From: Trichoplax adhaerens
Taxonomy: Eukaryota; Animalia; Placozoa
DNA: 64,000 bases
Direction of reading: 5' to 3'
Assembly: GCF_000150275.1 (NCBI RefSeq)
Contig: NW_002060947.1
Location: 1,605,576 to 1,669,575 of the forward strand
The notes under the pieces were generated by a model. It had not been told where the DNA came from. It was given only the letters and a program-made list of their open reading frames with translations, and did no database searches. Made by a program: the position numbers and the translations under genes. Positions 15,504-27,949 of this stretch are shown here, piece after piece. The first letter of the stretch is position 1. Each line of letters starts with the position of its first letter.

Positions 15504-15932
15504 GATATTGAATTTGATAAATCATTATAAATTGAATCGCTGCTTGTTTCCGTCAAAAGAGCAGTTCATGTTGTAGATGGCATGATGGTGGAAGCATGAT
15601 ATTGAATTTGATAAGTCATTATAAATTGAATCGCTGCTTGTTTCCGTCAAAAGAGCATTTCATCATGTTGTAGATGGCATGATATTGAATTTGATAAGTC
15701 ATTATAAATTGAATCGCTGCTTGTTTCCGTCAAAAGAGCAGTTCATCATGTTGTAGATGGCATGATATTGAATTTGATAAGTCATTATAAATTGAATAGC
15801 TGCTTGTTTCCGTCAAAGGAGCAGTTCATCATGTTGTAGATGGCATGATATTGAATTTGATAAGTCATTATAAATTGAATAGCTGCTTGTTTCCGTCAAA
15901 AGAGCTGTTCATCATGTTGTAGATGGCATGAT
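15504..15932. repeat. Minisatellite array 3, 83 bp (first unit 94 bp) x 5
   Basis: GATATTGAATTTGATAA at 15504, 15598, 15681, 15764 and 15847. Confidence 0.95.
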
Positions 15933-16277
15933 AGTGTAGGCATGCGATAAACTTGAAAATGAGCAAGAAAATCGCTGGTCGGCCTAGACATATTGATTCA
16001 ACTCGACGACCATTTCTGCTTGCCATCCTCTCTGACTATACTGCCCTATACAGGCCTACGCACAGCATACGGTAGAGGTCATAGAAAAAGCTTTCAAGGG
16101 CCACTATGACGATGGCACCACCAGCCAGGTGTTGCATGGGCGCAGTTTCTGTCTGTCTGTCTTGCTACCTAGTCTGTACTGGACTCGGCGTTGGAAAATT
16201 GGCTCCTTGGAGACGTCGTTGCTGACTTGGCGCAAGAGAAGATTCAACACATCCTCCACCATTAATTAACTAGCAAC

Positions 16278-17493
16278 ATGTTTCGAATTGGCGGAAAACC
16301 TGACGAAGCCGAGCTACAAGAAGCTAAAGAATCAGCTAGGAAAAGTGTCTGGTTTCAGGCAAAGATATTTATCGGTACAATCTTGGTCCTAAGGATAGGT
16401 AATAAGCAATCAATCAACCACTTGTAATGGCAGGATGACGAGGCCATAAGCATCTTGCTATGCCAATAGGCTCGCAATCATGAACCGACATTAGTCGACA
16501 AAATCAATCAATTTCATAGCGGTATATATTTCTATAGCTGGATAAAAATGATGCACTATTTGACTCATATCATAGACTGCATTCGTACCTTTTGAATAGA
16601 CGTGGTGATCGGTTAGTATTTTTACGGAGCTAGACCTTATGATGCAGTCACACTTTTCACGGCGTTCTGAAAATCGCTGTGCTGTCTTACCACGATACTC
16701 GTACAAGAATTAACTTCAAGGATGCAATCATACTCTTTCTGCTCTAAACATCAATTGCCATAGGTAGTGCTGCAATAGACTACACTTGTACTTTATGAAT
16801 AATCTTTGTGCTGTGAATCAATACTTTACCGTCTACATGCAGCTATACCTTATGATACAACAAGGATTTCTAAAGAGAGAATCTCTTTCTTAGTAGTCCC
16901 TGAATGAAATCAGCCGATCACACTCTGCTAGCGATCCACGTAAATCGTCATGGCTACTGCTATGGACTGCTCGTGTACGTTTTCAAATAGTAACTGTTGT
17001 GCTATTGATAAGAGACCGAGCTATACCTGATGATGCCATCAAGTAACTTCGAAAATCCCAAAATCAAACTTGTATCAACTTTTACATTGAGTCTCATGCT
17101 TGACATGTTACGCTAGAGTGGGACTACGTCTTCAATAAAACAGGGCACACTACTACAGATGGTCAAGCAAGATAGTCCATCTAGCCGGAATAGGTTGCAA
17201 TGTTTTGCTAATTTGCTTATACTGTACACTATGATGCATAAACCAGCTACGAGTTGGAAATACAAACTTGAATTCGACTTCCCTTAACGAGAACATCTTA
17301 CTAATAATGACTCCTGTCGACATTTAATGGACAATGTCTGTGGCATGACTAGCATGTTTCTCTAATTGTATCTGTATAAACATGATCACTTGTTAATGAC
17401 GCGATCGTCAAACTGATATCTAATCTTATTAATAATCGCTCTTTTTGTCATTTCTACCTAGCGCCATATATAACCAACCGCTTCTTGGACTAA
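16278..17493 (+). CDS. TOMM5: Mitochondrial import receptor subunit TOM5 homolog, 50 aa, 2 exons (not in the ORF track)
   Basis: Exon 1 is 16278-16398 (121 nt, donor G|GTAATA) and exon 2 is 17462-17493 (acceptor TTTCTACCTAG). Product MFRIGGKPDEAELQEAKESARKSVWFQAKIFIGTILVLRIAPYITNRFLD*, compared with recalled human TOMM5 [51 protein letters not shown]. They share MFRI, the length, the C-terminal transmembrane segment and LRxxP. Confidence 0.88.
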
Positions 17494-19471
17494 AGACTGA
17501 TGGAACATCCTAGTAACCGTTTTAATGTAATCAGAAATATAAATCAACATCTCAGTTGACGGATAGACGAGAACAAAAAATAATTGTTGTGTATTATCTC
17601 GACAACATACTGTAGTTCCATACTATCGGAGCAATACTAATGACTTGAAAGTTGGCAGGCTAATGGTAACAGTAGGACCTCCAAAAATCCATTTCAAAAT
17701 TCTTTATACAACATACCGAACACGATGCTAAATTAGAAACTATTGGATCCATAGATCAACCTATTTTCGTACACTTAGGTCTCGTAGCAATATTGTTTGG
17801 TTATGCTTCAATCGGCTAATCAATGATATTTACTCAAGTTTTGACTTTGTAATTTGTATCAATTTTCAAAATATGTGTACTGTATACTGTAATTTGTTAC
17901 ACCAACTGTGGGTCTGCTGGAAAATGCGTTAGTGTTGTCAATTTCAGCGCTCTTTAATGATTCATTAGGACTATACTGTCAACTAATTTCTGAATGTCAG
18001 CTATTAAATGCAAAGGTTTTGCTATTAAAAAACGTTGTTAAAGATATGCTTAAAAATGAACATAAATGGGACCTGTTGTTGCCTTAGAAAAATCCCGAGG
18101 ATTCGTCGTGCCATGATCTTGCTCGTCCTCGTTCTTATCGTGTAGTAATTATAATGAACGGAAGACTTTTCATCCGTCATGGATTCCGATACATTTCACA
18201 TATTATAGAACCTCATCATCAAAGTACTCCCTATGGCAATTCGTTTCCTTTTTGCATGCCAGACTTTGATAGGCTTATAACTAAAGCTATATTTCGAAAC
18301 AAAATTATATATTAGTTATTGCTGACGAAACTCTTTCCCTAAAAAGAGAAGAGCCATATGATAACATTACCATTGTCGCTTCTGTAACATTTTGAGAGTA
18401 TAAACATGTTATCAAGAGTATTCTCAAATACTAGGAAGTATCACTAAATCTGACTTTGTATGTAGAATTTATTGACAACCGAAACTTTTATGAACTATTT
18501 GAATATTTTCCGGTTGCAACGTGCACCGGTACAATAGTATACTCTCACATGCTTATGATTCAATAACTACACTGCAAAGTGTTATAGTTTCCCGAAAAAA
18601 TAAAATGCCGTACAGTAGTTGCTATGGCCCCAAGCATCCTCGCTCTTTCATCCGTTGCTTGGGTTTAATCTGATACCCAAATAAAATTACAATTTCTCCT
18701 TGCTCAAGTCGCAATAACACGTTACCATCAACCACTAACTAATGCCTATTACAAATTTACCATACTTTCCATTTTTACAGTATATTACTAGCTCAGACTC
18801 CATCAAGTCATGCAACAATGACGTCTTTATTCAAGTCGGAAATCTCATCATATTTAGCATCAATACATCATTAGAATTTCGATTACAAATAATATTATTA
18901 CAAATAATGTGCAGGTGATATGTAAAGTAGTCTTATCAAGACACGCCATAAATTACACTAAAATAAAACACGTGTATTAGACGAAATCGTTTACTCTGAT
19001 CCTTCAATATCACAACTTGAATTATTTTCTCTTCGGCATCATTACGTTCTTGATGTTGATACTATGTTGATATCAACAGCAATGCTAAATTACTCAGTTA
19101 CTTTCATTGAAACTCAACATGTAATGTCCATATCAAAATAAGTATAAAATAGCCAAATGTCTATTGCTGTATCATGTCGAGTTGATGGCGATTCTTGCAC
19201 TTTAAAATGCAATCCACTAAAGCAAATTGTAACTATACTATAATCAATAAATCAAGATCATTTGCAATTAAACGTCTATGGAGAGCTCAAATACGATGCA
19301 CATTGTAAGTATAGCAAAGCCAAATAAGAAATAAACGATAACCATAAAGACTGCAGTTATTTTGTCTTTTTATTACCCTGCCAAGGTAATTGAATCAGCA
19401 TCTACCGCTCTCTTGAACTCTCTTTACTTATCTTATATTTAACCATCTATCTTGATTAACACGTATACCAA

Positions 19472-22400
19472 TTAGTTACGCACTGTTGCAGCATCTTCAT
19501 TTTGTGGTGGCACAGGATCTGGCTCATCTGTATCTACGCGTTTATAGATAGTAGTACCTTCCTCTCTGCAAATGAGATAGGTAGCATAGCTGATTTAACA
19601 ATTTAGCTGTTAACCAGAATTCAAGTTACCACAATGTTCAGAGCAGCATTTGGAAAATGTGATTTCATTACATCCATATTACAGATAAAATAAAATTAGG
19701 CTAAATCAAAGTGTATATCGGCATCAACATATAGATCGGTTTCTATTTGAACTTCATATATGGTTGACTAATAGGGTGAATTAAGCTTCTTGAAGATTTT
19801 GCCATACTAGTTATGATGCTATCTAGCTTGGAGACCTGACGAATTAGTTACAATTGGTCGACGATGTCTTAATCCCTTCACCGGCTCATCTCTAATCCCT
19901 AAGCCCTTGTGAATACTAAAACTTTGAAAATTGATGTCTTTAATTACACTACAGTCAATCATTGGTAACGACATTGCAATAAATTTATAATTATAATGAT
20001 GCTAAATGTAAGATATTAGTATCAACTAAAAATTTCTTTCTCGATACCAAGAGAATAATCAACTAGAAGGAAAGTATTATAAACAGAAATCAAACTTTAA
20101 AATACCACATACAGAATGCGAAAAGGGCATTGCATCAAATAAATATACAGTAGCGTTACCAATAGATCATTCAAATTTCGTAATTATCTCAGCTTATAGC
20201 AAATTATCCATTAATGAAATATCTGAAAATTAAAAGTCTTCTTCTATTATAATAATGAGTTATATTTGGAAGTTCTATAAACAGTAAGCAGCGATAACTT
20301 TTATACAGTAGATATAGAAGGTTCGTCATTCCAATCGATAGTAACTAAACTTCTCAAGTATCTTCTCAAATGTATCGGTCCTATTACTACCATCAAAATG
20401 GCCAACATTTAAACCACAAAATACTAACTTCTACAAGATGAAATTATTTATCAAATAATTTTGTAAGATTAGCGACTGAAGTTGGCATTGGTCATATATG
20501 CAAGAAATAGGTGTAAAGGACTTAAAGGAAATCAACCACTTTCTTATTAAATTAATATTTCATATTTAATATTTATATATATTCAACATCCTTTCCCAAA
20601 GTATAGTATTATTGTTAATACTGTATAAAAATTTCCTATTCTAGATAAAAAAATGTAATAGATAGGGATATGTTTGCAAGCCGTTTGAAGATGATGTCAT
20701 TTGCAGTCAGTGATCAGGTATAGCTTATAAATTGACTATATTCCGCGTAGTAAGAATTAACTAGTCTGTATCAAATGGTGCAGATTATTTTCGTGCTAAC
20801 ATTTAGGACAATTAGGTGTCAGGGTATCAACATTGGATATAATTGGATCACTTCCCCTTTAGATAAATTAGTAAAAATTCCTGTATATGTGATATGGGAA
20901 ATCTATTCACAGACATTATATAGCTGTTAAATTAGATTGAAAGTAGTGTACGTATACGTATTAATCTCCTAGTTCAAAGTACATTAGTTATATTGGCTCT
21001 GTTTACTAACCAGTAGAAATACCAAAGCAACTATATGTAGCTCATTGCTTTAATTATTACCTAGAAATGCTAGCAATGCCTTACCGTAATACCTACAAGT
21101 ATAGTAGTAATTTATATTACAGTAGCAGAGTTGATAAATCAAGCTTCTCTACATGGCTGGCATTTGTAGACTAGATTAAGAAAGTCTCCGAATATTTTAT
21201 CATTTTGTTTTCGTTCGTCATTTCATTTATACAGATACAAATAGTCTAGATAGCTCTCTATTCACGCTAGACATGAAAGAAATTGAATTATTATCTACAA
21301 GGATATATTGATAAACCTACTCGTCGACGAATGTTGGCATAGTTTTAAGTTTTTCCATATTTCTATGCCACCTTTTCATGGCGATAACGATGATAACAAT
21401 CACGAATATGAAGGCAATACAGATGCCGAAAATCAAAGCTTGCTCTGTTGCTGCAAACTTGCGGATATCCGTTGCATCTAGTTATAAATTATCCAAGAGG
21501 ATAGAAATCGTTTATCTTCTACATTTACATCATAAATCATGGCACTATTAGGTCTCTTTATCCAATATTTGATGGCTAATTACTGACTAACCTTCACACT
21601 CGCCATAATTGGATGGCTTTTTATGCATTATTTTACCATCACATATATAGACTAATTGTGTAGTTTCTGGCCCTAACAATATCATGAAAGAAAAGTAGTG
21701 GATTGAAATATATTAATAACATAATATTTGCGATAGCATTCAATATCAGTTCTGGATACCATGACATAAAATTGTTTTTTAAATCAATGCTATATCTTAA
21801 AAAATTGCTGTGTATTTTAACTCTTAATCTAGCTACCTAAAATCTTAATGATATAAAAGAGCAGTTTAATAATAGCAATTTTCGAAAATAAACCATGTTA
21901 AGGTGTATATGTCATGATATAGAATAGTACATTTTAGGTTATGTATCCAAACCTTATAAAATGAATGAAGGTAATAACAGACTACTAATATCCACTAATA
22001 AATAGGATCATACTCAAGAATAAAATTATGGAATAAAATCATGCTAAATCGGCATTATTTGCAATAATATGCCTATCTAATATTATACATACTGTACATT
22101 AGCTAGTAACCCAACGCTACCGGTGATCACAATAAAGTGCTATTAAATGCTTAGAAACTTGTAAAATAAATTTACTAGCATTTTTAAGTTAATTAACTAA
22201 AAGTCAATCTCGTAACTATACCATAACTTATTATATTTAGACTAGCATAGTGCAATTTTTGATTATTTTTAAAGATTGAGCTGTTACTGTCATCATTTAC
22301 CTGGAACTTCGACAGGAACTAAATCAATAATAACGTCGTCTCTCTTTTGCCTTGCATGATAGGAATGATCCATATCGCCATAAGCATGTACAACATGAAG

Positions 22401-23890
22401 GGAAACACCCTGTGAAATAATAATCCATCCATTAACGTCCACTTTTAGCAGTATATCATACCCATGCGGTAGTCTTTCAAATCATGCTTAAATATGATTT
22501 TAATTCTCGATATTTTAAAATAAAATCATGAAAGTAAATTCAATTTGAAAGATTTGATAACCTCATCTGAAATTTGATTATTTTCACTATCAATGACTTG
22601 CGTGAATGTCATATACTTGTAGTCGCCATCTTGTACCACGCCATGATATTGATGATGATAGAATGACGAGACTGATTCCAGAACTTCTCGGTACTAGATC
22701 ATGATAACATTAATGGCAAAAGCAAACTTTAATATCTTAGCGCTATCCATCAATGAGATACATATAAGACAGAATCGACACATAATGTTAAGCTTTGGAT
22801 ATAGAACGTCCAAAAAGTGGATAAAGGCGACGGATTGACAGTGGGTGTAGATGCGCTTATACTACAATTTTGATTATAATAAACGTATTATTCAAAATTT
22901 ATCATAGCATTTTTAAATTTTCTGCAATATACTTGATTTTATGTCATTTCCCTTCAAAAAATATATTTGAAAAATTCCAAGGGTAATAAAAACTCGCTTT
23001 TCGTTTGTATATATACAATCTTTAATATTACTATAAAGACTTATGGGTATAGTAACATATTTAACAAATGCTAGAGTAAAGTCGAAATATCGAGCTAACA
23101 GCTTATACTCTAAAATTCAGTTAAATTAAATATTAGAAAGTTGTATTAATGAAACTAAAAAGTACCGGTATACTCGTATCATACTACGGGTAATAGGCAA
23201 CATTAAGTTCTACCAAGACCTATGAACAGTAGATTGCTATAGGCTATACCTAAAATCAGGAGCTCAATTCAGTAAATTTTATCACAAATTCACAATTTGC
23301 TCTAAAATACGTTGAAAAATACTGTGTAGCATGGAAAGCCCTGTTATAGGTAGTTTTTTAACTATTACTAACGTCTATTCCTAGATCATCAAGTATTATA
23401 GAATATGAATCGTTTAAATTTGATCTCAAATGTAATACGATTTATAAAAGATTATATATGGTAACTAGTGTCCAGTTATAAGCATATATCCAACGGTATC
23501 ATTAAGTTTCACTAATCGATTTATATACCATAATTTGCAAAATGTTGCCCTATTCGGCTGTAGACTTATTGAAGAATTGTTATATACTATAGTCATCAAT
23601 CTGTATTCAACCTCTTTTTCATGCGGCTTTTGCTCACGAGCCCAACCAAAATGCCATTCAAAATCACCAGCTCGTCCAGTCCGAGATAGACCGATTCCAA
23701 TCCAACTATTTGATTTAGCTCGAAAATGGAAGCTGACAGAATTACCAGCTATGTCTGCTTCCCAAGACAATTTGACTTGATCTGGGCGATGTAAAATTCG
23801 TTCGCCACGGAATATGTTATCATCTTCCTCGGCGGCAATTAAGGTAGCATAAATGGCAATTGTTGCTATCCAGAAAATTCGTGAGTGCAT
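19472..23890 (-). CDS. Single-DOMON-domain type I membrane protein, ~283 aa, 6 exons
   Basis: Exons 23890-23612, 22693-22562, 22409-22301, 21672-21592, 21477-21321 and 19565-19472 total 852 nt with consistent phases. Signal peptide MHSRIFWIATIAIYATLIAA. DOMON-like motifs VKLSW...VSFHFRAKSNSWIGIGLS and VVHAYG...SYH. TM segment ALIFGICIAFIFVIVIIVIAM followed by KR, then a short acidic tail. Confidence 0.75.
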
Positions 23891-26800
23891 ATTCACAATT
23901 TATTGGTATATTAATGAAAAATAGATATTAAAATGAATATTCTTAAATTCTCTGAATCAGTCTTGATGAAAATCGGAAATTTTATTAGTGTGTTCTAGCC
24001 AGAGATTTGATAATGTTGTTAATCGAATGTAATTTTCATCATCAGTTTTCAATACGTTAAATTGAACTACAACTTGTTGTTAGATGGATTTTTATCTTCT
24101 TAATTGCAAGATATTAATAAGAAAATCGAGCAATTGCATGTCATTAGTAATATAATAACAATATTGCTAGCATATGTTCAATCTAGTGGTATTCCATATT
24201 GATCATTATCATATGGCTGTTATAGTTATGTGAGTTCCAAGAGTAAGTGGATAATATGATTGTATGATAATTAGTATCGAAATACGATCACAGCTGTGGT
24301 CATCATCATGATATTTAAACACTAATTAATTAATATTGATTTAGTTGTGATGGCCCTGGCAATATCTATATTGATCGTAATAACGAATCTATATGTTAAT
24401 ATTCCTACAATAGTAAAGTTACCGTACTGCACCGGTATGAAATCTACTGTATTATATCAAGGAATCAATATGACTCTAAATCATATTTTTAAGTTTGTAG
24501 AATAAGAATATTTGGTAACGGAAAATTCAAGATTTTATTTTCTTATCATGTAATAGATAAAGTATTGGATCCATTTTTCATTTCGGAAAATTAGATTATG
24601 GTCTAGATTTTGAACTACTTGATAGGTCTACTCATAAATAAATAGCTATTAACTATATCCTACTGCTTAGATATACAGTATTGTAGAATATATAAAATTA
24701 AGAAATGATCATAGAATGATATTAGGATCTAATCCCAACTTGTATAAACACTATATCGGTTCTTCCTCCAATTTGCATCCTGTCCTTGATATTTAAGAGT
24801 GCTCTGATTAAGCAGATGTTAAACTGCAGGATTCGATGTTACAGGTTTGCAACTTATCGCTGCTCAATGGCTTGCATATCAGAATATAGAAAAGTGAAAA
24901 TGATTATTGATTACCTTATGTAGATCTGATGTAAATTATATGGTGAAAATAGTCACTAATTACATACATGATACACTACAGGCACGAATTAAATGTATCT
25001 TCAATGACCAATTCTACCGGAAATTGTAGATGTAGCAAAAATGGTAATGAACTACTTCGCATTATATAATGCATTGGTGGATTTATGGTTACTTATTGAT
25101 TAATCCTATCAGAAATTATAATATAGTAAAGATGGTTAAAGATTACGATGTGCAATAAATTATCTCAGCTGAATTATGAGGTATTGACTATTTAATGATA
25201 AAGTCTATTGAATAAACTACACGGTTCATCAGCTATACGATATATCTAATTATATACCTATATTTTCTACCTCCCCTTTGACCGAATCTAACATAATTTA
25301 ATGCTATAATATAGTTTCAAGTATCAATAGAGAATAGATTAATTACTTCCTGACCGTCACTAGACGATGTATTCAACTATGCTGTAAAACCATACCGGAT
25401 AATAAATATTCTGAGTAAGTGAAAAGTATCTGTAATAGCTATAAGCATTAATTATTAATTGGGAAAGATCTAACTTCTATCTATTTCAATCATCGTTATA
25501 ATTTTTTTGGAAATTTAAAATCTTAAAAATACAAAATAAAGTCCTAAATGAGATCGCATCGAAAAATTTAGGTAAAACATCAATACTAGATTAAGTAGCG
25601 TCATGAAAGTAATGTCTAATATTTAATTCAAGATCAATTCAAATAGATGAAATTGCTATCTCTTAAACCATTACAATGATAATTCTGAGCAATGTAGAAA
25701 TTACTGGTAATGAAGAATAAATAATAATCAGCTGCTGTATTCGTCATCCATTCAGAAATCCAAAAGTATTTATCGTATTTCTACATTTTTATTATTTCGT
25801 TAAATAGAGCTTAAAAAACAAAAGTAATTATATGTTAGAATGGAATACTTAATAAGAATATTTAGCCTCTGGTATAGCATTGCTTAAAGAAATATTACAG
25901 TGCAATATGATGTAAAATTGATCGAAACATAGACCTCTGCTAACAGTAGCTGATATAGAGTAATGTCGTTAATTTAGCGAATATGTCATTAATAGATTTT
26001 GGTCATCATTTCTGTAAGCTTGCAGAGTTTAGCTATAAATAATGATTCGAATTAAAAACAGTATTAACTTGATTCAAATATGACATCTAATGATGATTAC
26101 CTTCAGCACAAAATTATGCCATAATAATATCATATTATACTATGTTCAATAGAGAACTTTGAATGAATTTAGCAAACAAATCTCGATACCAATATAATAG
26201 GATATAAACATTTGATTATATGTACAAAATTTGAATAGAATTATTAATAGCTTTCTGATTAATACTATAACAGCTGCATAACGAAAGATGTTCATTCTTT
26301 AGAGGCCTCTGAGATTGTAGTTATTATTTCAGATCCAAATAAATTCATAATTCATAGTAGTAGTCATGAATTCAAAAATCGTACCGGAGAACCATATTTT
26401 ATTTCAGTAATTTCTATCTAAAAAATTATAGTATCTTAGTGTAATAAAATAGCTCAATAAATAGATTTTATGCAGTATTGAACCACATGAAGAATACTAT
26501 AGCTAAGGCCATGTCATCAACACAATGATGTAAAGTAATTATGTTGTAATCCATCATAATAACTACCTAAAATGCAATCAATATCTTTATTATTAACGGT
26601 AAACTGCCAAAAACAGCATGAACAATGATAATTTTTTTGTTAGTGAATTTTTAGTTGCTATAACTACATCCAAGTAAATATATAAGGTTAGTATAATTGA
26701 TAGTCGAATAATGATATTTCTATTTGAAATTAAAACATCCGGAACGGTAATCCAGTTATTAAAGTGCCACAGTATTAAAATATACAATGTACTGATGTTA

Positions 26801-27853
26801 TGATTTTTAATTTAAATACTTTAGATAGATAGAAATATTAGTAAGACCGCATTATTGGCATCGATAAAGTGCTACAGCATGAGTATATACGCGTATATAG
26901 TACTTTTATATAAATGCCGGATGTAATATTATTCGATTATGTGACCTATAATTACTTTTTCTAAATTTTATTATAAAAATCAGATAGCAATAAAGTACAG
27001 TATATGATAAACTATTATTACATTTATTTCAATATTGGCAGAAATAAGGTAGCACATTAAATTGTTTCTGGTACAAAGAGAGTACTCTAAAACTGTAATG
27101 AACGGCACGCAGTTTCGTATAAATGGTCATGCATGCTTCCTTAACCAATTAGTACCCTGCAAAAAGTATTAATTAAATTTTTGATACATATAAAAGTAAG
27201 GTAGTATCACCAGTATAACTACTACAAACATGATCAAATACGCGTAGAGATCAAAGTTATGATATTCTTACTAGCAGATTTATTCCAAAATACTTTAATT
27301 TTTTAATTTTTTATAAGCTAATAACTTTTATGTAGGTTTTGACATAAAAACTTAACAGCAGCCGTTATAAATGTTGAAATAATTATGAATTTATCAAGAC
27401 CTTCGAAAAACATGATAAGAATTGTATAAATTTTAAATTTGATTAATAAACGATGTAGTAATAGCAATAGCACTGAGAATATTCGTTAACATCGTCAGTA
27501 TTACCGTATCTAATTACTATTCCTTATTGCCAACCGCAAAAGTTAAAATATTATTTTGCTGCAATGAAGATAAATTTATGGAAGGTCATTTTTCTGAAAT
27601 AGAGAAAAAAACTTAGTTCATTGATATAGGCAATTTTAATCTACACGTATATCAAACAACAATGACAATGATTAGTGACTATAATTTTCATAAGAGGGAC
27701 TGAGCTTTGCGCAATGCTGTGGCTTTCATTATTGCCATAGCATCTGTTCGTAAACTCCGAAACATCTAAATTTCACTATAGACATTAAAATAATGATTAC
27801 CAGTTCCTGAAAATTTATCCATCTTTATACATACGAATAATCATGTAATTACT

Positions 27854-27949
27854 ATATATATGAACGTGGCCGTATGCGAAGTCGGTCATTTTGCAAACTG
27901 CCCAGTTTGCAAAATGACCGATTTCGCATACGGTCACGTTCATATATAT
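27854..27949. mobile_element. Near-perfect 96-bp palindrome, MITE-like hairpin
   Basis: 47-bp arms (27854-27900 and 27903-27949), a 2-nt loop and two mismatches. The GC-richer core is flanked by TA repeats. Confidence 0.55.

Noticed and set aside
12705-15932. Arrays as CRISPR loci
   Set aside because: The units repeat along their whole length with no unique spacers, there are no cas genes, and the context is eukaryotic.
15504-15932. Array 3 (minus-strand ATGATGA) or array 1 (CTGA) as tandem C/D snoRNAs
   Set aside because: No unit has both a C box and a properly spaced D box with a terminal stem.
16084-16106. Histone-type 3' stem-loop (AAAAAGCTTTCAAGGGCCAC)
   Set aside because: The stem does not pair as in the consensus, and there is no histone gene upstream.
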